A stretch of DNA of 64,000 bases from Patescibacteria group bacterium (lineage in GTDB: Bacteria > Patescibacteriota > Minisyncoccia > UBA6257 > HR35), in the NCBI GenBank assembly GCA_030549895.1, contig JAUQQM010000002.1, positions 1,037 through 65,036 of the forward strand, given 5' to 3'. The translations under genes were made by a program, and so were the position numbers. The stretch's first letter is position 1. Every line of letters begins with the position of its first letter. Under the pieces are notes generated by a model. That model was not told the origin of the DNA. It was given only the letters and a program-made list of their open reading frames with translations, and searched no databases. Shown piece by piece: positions 1 through 6,816 of this stretch.

Positions 1-80
1 AGTTGCTTTTGAAAAACTAAAAATGCGGCAACAACTAAAACAACAATTAGGATTAAGTAAATTATTAGCTTTTTATTCAT
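1..80 (-). CDS. 5' end of a gene running off the left edge, with an N-terminal membrane anchor or signal (MNKKLIIYLILIVVLVVAAFLVFQKQ...)
   Basis: ATG at 80 on the minus strand, open to position 1. The N-terminus is hydrophobic. It is absent from the ORF track because it is truncated by the window edge. Confidence 0.3.
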   Translation of the reverse strand, partial: MNKKLIIYLILIVVLVVAAFLVFQKQ

Positions 81-172
81 TTTTTGGGGAAAAATAAATT
101 TTATTTTAAGATTATAACCCAAAGTTTAAAAAAATTACACCTAAAATTTGTGGATAATTTTAAAAATTATTG

Positions 173-589
173 CTAAAATTTTAGTTTGCCTTTTTCAAAT
201 TTATAACAAAATAAAAGAAGTAAAAAAATTATTATAAAAATTGTGTCAGTCACAGTGCAATAAAAACAAATAGATTTTAAAACAAAAAATTGAATCCCAA
301 GTAAAATTAAAGCTACAAGAGTGCCACTGAAAGAAATCAATAAAAGAATTTTTCTTTTTCTAAAAGAAAATAAAAAGATAATCAATAAAGCATAAATCAT
401 CCCAAAAATTGAAAGAGGTATATCAAAAATCCTGCTATATTTGCTTTTTAAAACTAAATCACAGCCATTAAAAATTGAACATGAAGATGAAGTTGAATAA
501 GAAAGTTTCGTTAAATATAAAGAAATTAAAAAAGTAATAAAAGCAAGTAGAAAAATCAAAAATTTTAAAATCTTTCTAAGTATAATCAT
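173..589 (-). CDS. Vitamin K epoxide reductase (VKOR) family membrane thiol oxidoreductase (DsbB analogue)
   Basis: 138 aa, multi-TM. It has a loop Cys pair followed by the S-x-Y...G-I-P-type segment (SCSIFNGCDLVLKSKYSRIFDIPLSIFG) and an intramembrane CxxC (CFYC). Confidence 0.75.
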   Translation of the reverse strand: MIILRKILKFLIFLLAFITFLISLYLTKLSYSTSSSCSIFNGCDLVLKSKYSRIFDIPLSIFGMIYALLIIFLFSFRKRKILLLISFSGTLVALILLGIQFFVLKSICFYCTVTDTIFIIIFLLLLFCYKFEKGKLKF

Positions 590-593
590 AATA

Positions 594-1135
594 TTAAATA
601 TTTATTTGAAAATTGGGTACTTCTGAACTAATTTTGTTTTTTTCCCAAAGATTTACCAAACCTAAATATCTTCCTGAATTGGACAAACATAAAACTGCTA
701 TAGTAATAATATAAACAATGTGCTCATCAATTAAAGGTTTATATTCTGGCAAAATAAAACCAGCTAAATACATTAAAGCAAGCATTAAACCAGCAAAAAA
801 AGTTGAAAGTTTCATAAAAATACCAATACCAAGTATTAGTCCTATCCCAATACATAAAAGACCTAACATAAAAAGCCAATCAACAACTGGGTTACCTGCT
901 AAACTTTTAAAAATTTCAGCAAATGGACCTTTGGTAGTAAATTTTAAAAAGCCAAAAATTGGCGAACCTCCATAAAGCCAAGCTTGATTGCAGAAATAAT
1001 TGAACATACCTGTTTTAGCATCTCGAAAGGTTGAAAAACCTAAACCAAAAAGTTTACCGAAAAAGCCCATAAAAATATCCAAACCAAAGCAAGACGCAAA
1101 AGTCCTAAAGAAATTTGGAGATTTTTATTTTCCAT
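594..1135 (-). pseudogene. DoxX/DoxD-family membrane protein interrupted by a 1-nt frameshift in a T5 run
   Basis: The ATG at 1135 gives MENKNLQISLGLLRLALVWIFLWAF, a typical DoxX N-terminus, then runs into a stop at 1040-1042. The rest of the protein (FFGKLFGLGFST...VDWLFMLGLL...IDEHIVY...) is in the -1 frame (tracked ORF 594..1082). The frames rejoin exactly if the coding-strand T5 run (plus-strand A5 at 1060-1064) is T6. Confidence 0.6.
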
Positions 1136-1164
1136 TTTTTAATCAATTTTTAATAACAACCTGG

Positions 1165-1212
1165 CTAAAATTTTTGATAAATTAAAAACTTACATTCACC
1201 TATTTCTATCAT
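1165..1212 (-). CDS. 15-codon mini-ORF (MIEIGECKFLIYQKF) at the predicted 5' end of the doxX-vkor transcript
   Basis: The ATG at 1212 lies 8 nt after a TATAAT box (1221..1226, minus strand), the same geometry as real leaderless genes in this window. The ORF ends 29 nt before the doxX ATG. Confidence 0.2.
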   Translation of the reverse strand: MIEIGECKFLIYQKF

Positions 1213-1220
1213 CAATTTAT

Positions 1221-1226
1221 ATTATA
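1221..1226 (-). promoter_or_regulatory. -10 box (TATAAT), candidate promoter of the doxX-vkor unit
   Basis: This is the only TATAAT in the 1136-1300 gap on the minus strand, downstream of the terminator at 1301-1322. Confidence 0.35.
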
Positions 1227-1300
1227 ATTTATTTTCTAAAAATTTTAAAAATTACATAAAAACTAATAGAAAAAGAGGTGTTTTGATATTTAAATAAAAA

Positions 1301-1322
1301 GCCAGCGCTTTAAAGCGCTGGC
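1301..1322 (-). terminator. Rho-independent terminator of the 145-aa secreted-protein gene
   Basis: Perfect GC-rich hairpin GCCAGCGC-TTTAAA-GCGCTGGC, 25 nt after the stop at 1347, followed on the minus strand by TTTTTATTTA. Confidence 0.75.
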
Positions 1323-1346
1323 CCTCGACCTTTAAAACTTAGTAAA

Positions 1347-1784
1347 TTATTGAGTGGATGTTGTTGTGGTTGGGGTTGGGGTTGATGTAGGTACTCTAAG
1401 TTGCTTACATTCTGTTTTAACTCTCCTCAGTTCTTGATTGAACCACTTGTTTATTTCTTTTATTTCATGAGTATAGGTCTTCTTTATCTCTTTTTTGGCC
1501 TCAGTAGTTGTTGCATTATTATATGCTTCTTTGAAGTTACTTAAAGCCTGTTTTTTCTTGTTCTGCATTTCTTTTGTTAATTCTTGCGCTTTCTTTCCAA
1601 CACAAGCTTTATAAATCCCTGAAGGAGTAGTTGTTGCTGTAGAGATACCCTTTCTAACACCAAACTCTCCTGGTGTTGATGTTGGTCTATAAGAAGGTAC
1701 AGACTTTGTTTTAATAACCAAAGCGAAAGCTGATTGAGTAACTAAGAAGATAGCTAAAGTTATAAGGATAAAGTATTTTTTCAT
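1347..1784 (-). CDS. Small secreted protein: signal peptide, helical Lys/Glu-rich core with 2 Cys, flanked by PTSTP-type Thr/Pro linkers
   Basis: It has a signal-like N-terminus (MKKYFILITLAIFLVTQSAFA) and ends in PTSTPTPTTTTSTQ. It appears monocistronic and has its own strong terminator. Confidence 0.6.
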   Translation of the reverse strand: MKKYFILITLAIFLVTQSAFALVIKTKSVPSYRPTSTPGEFGVRKGISTATTTPSGIYKACVGKKAQELTKEMQNKKKQALSNFKEAYNNATTTEAKKEIKKTYTHEIKEINKWFNQELRRVKTECKQLRVPTSTPTPTTTTSTQ

Positions 1785-1845
1785 GTTAGGGTTAATAAAA
1801 TTTTAATTTTGACTTAGTGAGGGTATTTAAATACTATTAGATTAA

Positions 1846-2151
1846 TTAAACTAAAGGCGGTGAACGAGTGTGAAGTTTACTTGTAAAATTACTTGGCTGA
1901 TATATTTCAAAACACGTAAAGAATTTATCAAAATAATTTTTAAAAATAGTAAGGTTTATTAAAAATAAATTAACTAAAAGAAAAATTAGATAAATTGCGT
2001 TATTATCAGAATAGATAAATTCTAAAATATCATAATTATCAGGATCGAGAGTAAAAATTAATTCTAGGTCTGGATGTTGATAGTTATAAAGAATAACAGA
2101 AAGACCAACAATTCCTGAGATCAATAGAAAGACAACTAAATATTTTTTCAT
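1846..2151 (-). CDS. Hypothetical small membrane protein (2 TM)
   Basis: 101-aa ORF with TGGTATAAT 8 nt upstream of the ATG and two hydrophobic segments. Confidence 0.5.
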   Translation of the reverse strand: MKKYLVVFLLISGIVGLSVILYNYQHPDLELIFTLDPDNYDILEFIYSDNNAIYLIFLLVNLFLINLTIFKNYFDKFFTCFEIYQPSNFTSKLHTRSPPLV

Positions 2152-2159
2152 TATAATTA

Positions 2160-2168
2160 ATTATACCA
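2160..2168 (-). promoter_or_regulatory. Extended -10 (TGGTATAAT), leaderless-type, 8 nt before the ATG at 2151
   Basis: Plus-strand attatacca. There is no SD in the gap. Confidence 0.45.
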
Positions 2169-2197
2169 TAAAATTATAATTAAACCCCGATAATAAT

Positions 2198-2587
2198 ATG
2201 TCAATTCTTACTATAAAAACAAGGAAAAAACGAGAAATAATAGATATTACTGAAGATATTAACAGCTTGTTAAACAATCAAGAAAAAGAAAGTGGTTTAG
2301 TTTACCTTTTTGCCCTTCATACAACTTGTGCTTTAACTACTGCTGATTTAGATCCAGAAACAGATTTAGATTATTTAGATGCTTTCAAAGAAATTGTACC
2401 TAAATTAAAATATCGACATCCTCATAATCCAGAACATTTCCCTGATCATTTTCTTTCTTCACTTGTTGGTACTTCCCTCCTTCTTCCTTTTGAAAATAAA
2501 AGTCTAGTTTTAGGAACTTGGCAAAGAGTAATTTTAATAGAATTTGATGGACCAAGAGAAAGAAAGATTGTTGTCAAAATTATTTAA
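2198..2587 (+). CDS. YjbQ/UPF0047 family protein (secondary thiamine-phosphate synthase-like)
   Basis: 129 aa. It shows the family pattern: I.DIT..I, LFALHTTCALT..DLDPE, HFLSSLVG.SL.LP...L.LGTWQ.V.L.EFDGPR.R. Confidence 0.8.
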   Translation: MSILTIKTRKKREIIDITEDINSLLNNQEKESGLVYLFALHTTCALTTADLDPETDLDYLDAFKEIVPKLKYRHPHNPEHFPDHFLSSLVGTSLLLPFENKSLVLGTWQRVILIEFDGPRERKIVVKII

Positions 2588-3299
2588 TCTCATAAGTAAT
2601 AGTTACTGAAATTTTTATTTCTTGGGAGCCTGGTTCGATTTGAGGTGTTATTCCTGGTACTCCTGCCCCCATCTCTTTTAAAAATACTGGATAAGGTGGC
2701 GGGAAATATCCAGATGATTCTGTTATATTTACAATTTTTCCAAGTTTAAAACCTGCTATTTTAGCAATTTTCTCTGCCTTTTCCTTTGTCTCTTTAATTG
2801 CTTTTTCTCTTGCTTTATCTAAATAGACTTTTTCGTCATCAACTGTAAACTTAGGACCATAGATATTATTAGCACCATTTTGCACTGCCCCACTTAAAAT
2901 TTCTCCAACTTTATTTAAGTTTCTAATTTTTACAGAAAAACCTTGACTAATTGTATAACCAACTATTTCTGTCACTTTATCATATCTATATTTTGGAGTA
3001 ATTGAATAATTTTCTGTTTTTATATCCCTTTCTTCAATCCCTTGACTCTTTAAAAATTGAATTACTTTATTAAACTTTTCACTATTTTCCTTTTGAAGCT
3101 CGATTAAGTCCTTTCCTTCACTAATTAAACCAATATTTAATTCAGCAACATTGGGAAAAATTATTTCTTTAGCTTCACCAGTAACAGAAAAACTTCTTCG
3201 AATTTCTCTACTTTTTGTATATTCATAAACAAACCAAAAACTTACAATAATAAAAAGAAAAATTCCTATAATAATTGAAAATTTTAAAATTTTGCCCAT
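2580..3299 (-). CDS. SIMPL-domain (DUF541) secreted or membrane-anchored protein
   Basis: 239 aa with an N-terminal TM segment. The SIMPL-like repeat pattern includes SVTGEAKEIIFPNVAEL... and ...EIKISVTITYEI. Confidence 0.7.
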   Translation of the reverse strand: MGKILKFSIIIGIFLFIIVSFWFVYEYTKSREIRRSFSVTGEAKEIIFPNVAELNIGLISEGKDLIELQKENSEKFNKVIQFLKSQGIEERDIKTENYSITPKYRYDKVTEIVGYTISQGFSVKIRNLNKVGEILSGAVQNGANNIYGPKFTVDDEKVYLDKAREKAIKETKEKAEKIAKIAGFKLGKIVNITESSGYFPPPYPVFLKEMGAGVPGITPQIEPGSQEIKISVTITYEIK

Positions 3300-3304
3300 T
3301 TTAA

Positions 3305-3313
3305 ATTATAACA
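3305..3313 (-). promoter_or_regulatory. Extended -10 (TGTTATAAT), 5 nt before the SIMPL ATG at 3299
   Basis: Plus-strand attataaca. It overlaps the ndh stop codon. Confidence 0.45.
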
Positions 3314-4508
3314 CCCTCTTAAAAAATAAGAAGGAAATTAAATTTTCTAAAATTTTTATCTTATGAGGAAACGAAATCATCTTAACTAAATAAATAAACC
3401 TTTTAAGAAGAGAAACAAAAAATCCAGAAATAAAAATGTTAAAAATTTGAGCAACAGCATAATAGAAACCAAGAGAAATAATATCGCCGGAATGTTTATA
3501 TTTAAAAGTTTTTTTATTATTTAAATTCTTGATATTGAAAGCAAGAACTTTTGCTTGTTTAGTAGCGACTTGGGCTGATTGACTTAATTGTCTTTGATTT
3601 TCTAAGAAACAAGCAATATCTCCAAGACAAAAGACGTCATTATAAGCCTCCGAATTTGACTTTAAAAGTTGAAGATTTTCATTAACTAAAAGTCTACCGC
3701 TGTTATCTTTTAAAAAATCTCCTATAATTTCTGGAAGATTTGCTTTTATACCTGCAGTCCAAATAGTAGTTCTTGTATAAATAATCTCATCTCCTAATTT
3801 AACAAAATTTTCACCTACCTCAGTAACAATTTTACCTAAAATCAACTTTATACCTTTTTCTTTTAACTTTAATAAAGCTGCTTTACGCATTTTTTCTGAA
3901 AATTGAGTCAATATTTCATTTTTTCCTTCAACTAAAATTATTCTTATCCTTTCTAAAACTTTTTTTGAAATTTTATTTTTCATTATTCTAAAAAATAAAT
4001 CACTTAAATTTCCGACAAGTTCAACGCCCGTCGCTCCACCTCCAACAATAACGAAAGTTAAAAATTCATCAAAGTTTTCTTTATATTTTTCTTTTTCAAA
4101 AATTTCAAAAATATGATTTTTAAGTTTTAAAGCTGAGTCTAAACGTTTTAAAGACCAGCAATTTTCTTTCCCAATAATATTATAGTAATTAACTTCCGCG
4201 CCCAAACAAATTACTAAAATTTCATAATTTATTTCTTCTTGATTAACATAAACAAGTTTTTTATTTAAATCAATTTTATTTACTTTCCCAGAAATAAACT
4301 TAAACCGCAATGATTTTGATATTTCCTTGAAATAAACTCTTACAGCCTCCTCACTAACAAAGCCGCAAACAAAATCGATTAATAATGGAGTAAATAAAAA
4401 ATATTCATTATCGTTTACTAAAATAACCTCATTTTTATTTAAAAATTTTCCAAGATATTTTAAAGTGTAAATACCTCCAAAACCCCCACCTAAAATCAAA
4501 ATTTTCAT
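3306..4508 (-). CDS. ndh: Type II NADH:quinone oxidoreductase (NDH-2), FAD-dependent pyridine nucleotide-disulfide oxidoreductase
   Basis: 400 aa with two dinucleotide-binding motifs (KILILGGGFGG and FVIVGGGATGVE) and a hydrophobic C-terminal membrane-anchoring tail. Confidence 0.8.
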   Translation of the reverse strand: MKILILGGGFGGIYTLKYLGKFLNKNEVILVNDNEYFLFTPLLIDFVCGFVSEEAVRVYFKEISKSLRFKFISGKVNKIDLNKKLVYVNQEEINYEILVICLGAEVNYYNIIGKENCWSLKRLDSALKLKNHIFEIFEKEKYKENFDEFLTFVIVGGGATGVELVGNLSDLFFRIMKNKISKKVLERIRIILVEGKNEILTQFSEKMRKAALLKLKEKGIKLILGKIVTEVGENFVKLGDEIIYTRTTIWTAGIKANLPEIIGDFLKDNSGRLLVNENLQLLKSNSEAYNDVFCLGDIACFLENQRQLSQSAQVATKQAKVLAFNIKNLNNKKTFKYKHSGDIISLGFYYAVAQIFNIFISGFFVSLLKRFIYLVKMISFPHKIKILENLISFLFFKRVL

Positions 4509-4515
4509 AATTAGA

Positions 4516-5316
4516 TTATTCTTGGTTTTGAAACCTTAAAATACAACTATTATATTCTTTAACCTTTAAATTATAATCTTCAATAAAACTTTTTGTTTTT
4601 ATAATAAGCTCATTATAAGAATGAACTTTTCTATTATACTCGTCAATTAAAGAAAGGACTTCATAAGGATTTTCATTTTTTGTTATCCTTTCTAAAAGAT
4701 CATCTAATTCCTTTTTTAAAATTTCTATCTTATTTTTATTTTCATTTATTCTGGTTTGTAAATCTTCTGATGGTTTAGGGCATAAATCTTCAGGACTTCC
4801 AAAATGTTGAACAAAAACATATACTTCTTTTCCTTTAAAATTACCTTTTACAAAACCTACACCAAGATGATAGAAATTTTTATTTAAAATATTTTTTCTA
4901 TGAGGGGGGCTTTCCATCCAATCTCTAACTACTTCCTCCTCTGATTTTGGCCTACCCATAAACAAATTTTCTCCAACAATTATAAACTTGTAATTTGAAT
5001 CAATTATAAAATCTGTAAAATTCTTTCCAGATGGACTTTTATGATCAAAATATTGATTCAAAAGAATATCCTCTGCTTTTCTTTGAGCGCTTAAATCAAG
5101 CTTCTGGTCTGAAATTAAATCTTGAAGACCGTTTTGTCTTCGGTAAAAATTAGTATAGAAAATTATTTTTTCTTTATCAAATTGGTTGTCTTCAAAAGAA
5201 ATTGAGGTCGTTGAAAAATTTTTCTTTAACTCATTTAAAACTGGCTGTAAATTTTGATTATTCTTTGACAATAAGATTAACAATATAAGAATTATTAAAT
5301 TTTCTATTTTACTCAT
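4516..5316 (-). CDS. Secreted CAP/SCP/PR-1 domain protein with a C-terminal coiled coil
   Basis: 266 aa. CAP motifs are present: YFDHKSPSG, GENL, WMESPPHRKNILN..Y.HLGVG. Confidence 0.75.
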   Translation of the reverse strand: MSKIENLIILILLILLSKNNQNLQPVLNELKKNFSTTSISFEDNQFDKEKIIFYTNFYRRQNGLQDLISDQKLDLSAQRKAEDILLNQYFDHKSPSGKNFTDFIIDSNYKFIIVGENLFMGRPKSEEEVVRDWMESPPHRKNILNKNFYHLGVGFVKGNFKGKEVYVFVQHFGSPEDLCPKPSEDLQTRINENKNKIEILKKELDDLLERITKNENPYEVLSLIDEYNRKVHSYNELIIKTKSFIEDYNLKVKEYNSCILRFQNQE

Positions 5317-5663
5317 TAATAAGGGCAGTCAGCTTCTTTGGCTAAAACTTCTAATTTTTGAAAACCTACAAGCCTTTTACCATTTTTAAATTCCCAGGTT
5401 GGTACTGAAGTAATATTAAAACACCTCTCCTTTTCTTTAGTGCACTCAATATAATTTATGTATCTAAAACTTTTTCCAAATGAATTTTTTTGCTTTTGGC
5501 AATAAGGACAATAATATGTACCGTACATCACTACACCTTTTTGGCTAAGACAAATAGCTAAATTTTTTATTTTTTCATTTTCTTTAGATGGTTGAGAAAA
5601 AATAGAAACAAAAATTATAAAAATAAAAATTAAAAAGAAAATTAAAAATACTCTCTTACTCAT
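5316..5663 (-). CDS. Membrane-anchored thioredoxin-like protein, matching the Trx-like domain fused to cyanobacterial or actinobacterial VKOR
   Basis: 115 aa with an N-terminal TM segment. It has VVMYGTYYCPYCQKQKNSFGK...YIECT...C...ITSVPTWEF.NG.R..G...LE.LA, with a CPYC active site. Confidence 0.7.
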   Translation of the reverse strand: MSKRVFLIFFLIFIFIIFVSIFSQPSKENEKIKNLAICLSQKGVVMYGTYYCPYCQKQKNSFGKSFRYINYIECTKEKERCFNITSVPTWEFKNGKRLVGFQKLEVLAKEADCPY

Positions 5664-6132
5664 TACAGCAATCTATTAATTTTTCGATCACCTGTTGAAG
5701 TTTGTTTTTTTCTTTTATCTCCTTTATATCTTCGATTTTAATTATGTTAAATTTTAAACCAAAAAATAAATTAAAAAGTTCATAAGCAGACTCATAAAAA
5801 CTTTTCGCCTCATCTTTTTTTCCTTCGGAAAATAATTTTTCTCCAACTTCGAAAAATCTATAAACTGCACCCAAAATGTGTTTGGAACAGCACCAAAGTT
5901 CTCCTTCTGGTTCTTTAATAATTTTTGTCATTGCATCTTTTCTTATGTTTCTTACCTTTTCTATTAAATCTAAATATTCTTCTTTCTTTGTTTTTTCATA
6001 AGTAAAATAAAAATGTTCTTCTAAACTTATAAGATGCATAATTGCTACAGCTAAATCTTCTTGAGCTTCAAAATTAATTTTTTCTTTTTCTTTGAACTCT
6101 CTAATTTTTTCAATTAGTTCATCCAAACTCAT
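5656..6132 (-). CDS. Hypothetical cytoplasmic helical protein with two vicinal Cys pairs (WCCSKH and C-terminal DCCNE)
   Basis: 158-aa ORF between ccdA and the Trx-like gene. TGGTATAAT lies 5 nt before its ATG, and its 3' end overlaps the Trx-like gene start by 8 nt. Confidence 0.5.
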   Translation of the reverse strand: MSLDELIEKIREFKEKEKINFEAQEDLAVAIMHLISLEEHFYFTYEKTKKEEYLDLIEKVRNIRKDAMTKIIKEPEGELWCCSKHILGAVYRFFEVGEKLFSEGKKDEAKSFYESAYELFNLFFGLKFNIIKIEDIKEIKEKNKLQQVIEKLIDCCNE

Positions 6133-6137
6133 AAAAA

Positions 6138-6146
6138 ATTATACCA
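6138..6146 (-). promoter_or_regulatory. Extended -10 (TGGTATAAT), 5 nt before the ATG at 6132
   Basis: Plus-strand attatacca in the 18-nt gap after ccdA. Confidence 0.45.
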
Positions 6147-6150
6147 TAAT

Positions 6151-6816
6151 CTAGCTCAAAAGCACAAAAAGACCTAAAGCAAAAAATATCAGGCCAGAGA
6201 TAATTCTGTAAGTCTTAATTGATCTTTTTTTAATGATTTCAATCTTTTCTATATATTTTGTTGAAAGAAAAAGAATCAAAATAAGGGGTAGAATAAAAAT
6301 TAAATTGTAAATAAAAAGGTAAAAAAGTCCTTTAATAAAAGTAGTTTTCTCGTTCAAAAGACTAAGAACAAAAAAATAAGGACCCCCAGTGCAAGGAAAT
6401 TCTGTTGAACCAACTAAAAAACCTAAAATAAAACTTGAACTAAATGAAGCTCGACTAATTAGACTAGCAATAGTTTCTTTTGCGCCCTCAATTATTTGAG
6501 GTCTTATAGGAAAATTTTTAAAAATTGCTCCTAACAGTTCAATTAGACCATAAAAAATAAGAATGGCTGAAGTAATTTTTGAAATAATCCTTGGAATTCC
6601 TAAAATATTAAATACTTTTAAAATCCCAACTCCAATTAAAAAATAAGTAAGGAAGATAGCAAAAATATAAACAAATCCAACTTTAAAAATAAATTTTTTA
6701 TCCTCTTTATTTACTAAAAGAAAAGAAAGAGTAATAATTAAAACAGAAATAGCACAAGGATTAATACTATCTAAAAAGCTGCTTATGATGATTACAAAGA
6801 TATCTTTAAATTCCAT
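6151..6816 (-). CDS. ccdA: CcdA/DsbD_2-type thiol:disulfide electron-transfer membrane protein
   Basis: 221 aa, 6 TM. The two conserved membrane Cys motifs are present: DSINPCAISVL and EFPCTGGPYF. Confidence 0.7.
   Translation of the reverse strand: MEFKDIFVIIISSFLDSINPCAISVLIITLSFLLVNKEDKKFIFKVGFVYIFAIFLTYFLIGVGILKVFNILGIPRIISKITSAILIFYGLIELLGAIFKNFPIRPQIIEGAKETIASLISRASFSSSFILGFLVGSTEFPCTGGPYFFVLSLLNEKTTFIKGLFYLFIYNLIFILPLILILFLSTKYIEKIEIIKKRSIKTYRIISGLIFFALGLFVLLS

Noticed and set aside
718-1185. Plus-strand ORFs 718..975 and 1000..1185. Similar antisense or off-frame ORFs occur throughout the track: 7872..8087, 8481..8714, 12177..12446, 13014..13214, 17616..17813, 18594..18782, 19382..19618, 20341..20650, 21769..21978, 22933..23124, 24313..24540, 24923..25162, 25664..25897, 26910..27134, 31790..32155, 36137..36409, 37860..38382, 43256..43453, 44789..45338, 46553..46747, 48998..49240, 58509..58775, 60523..60885, 62892..63143 and 63373..63594.
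   Set aside because: Each lies entirely inside, or antisense to, a well-supported conserved gene. They have low-complexity or compositionally odd translations and no start-site signals, so they are shadow ORFs.
1823-1834. A 12-nt palindrome (GTATTTAAATAC) upstream of the secreted-protein gene.
   Set aside because: Short AT-rich palindromes are expected by chance in this composition, and I saw no second copy.
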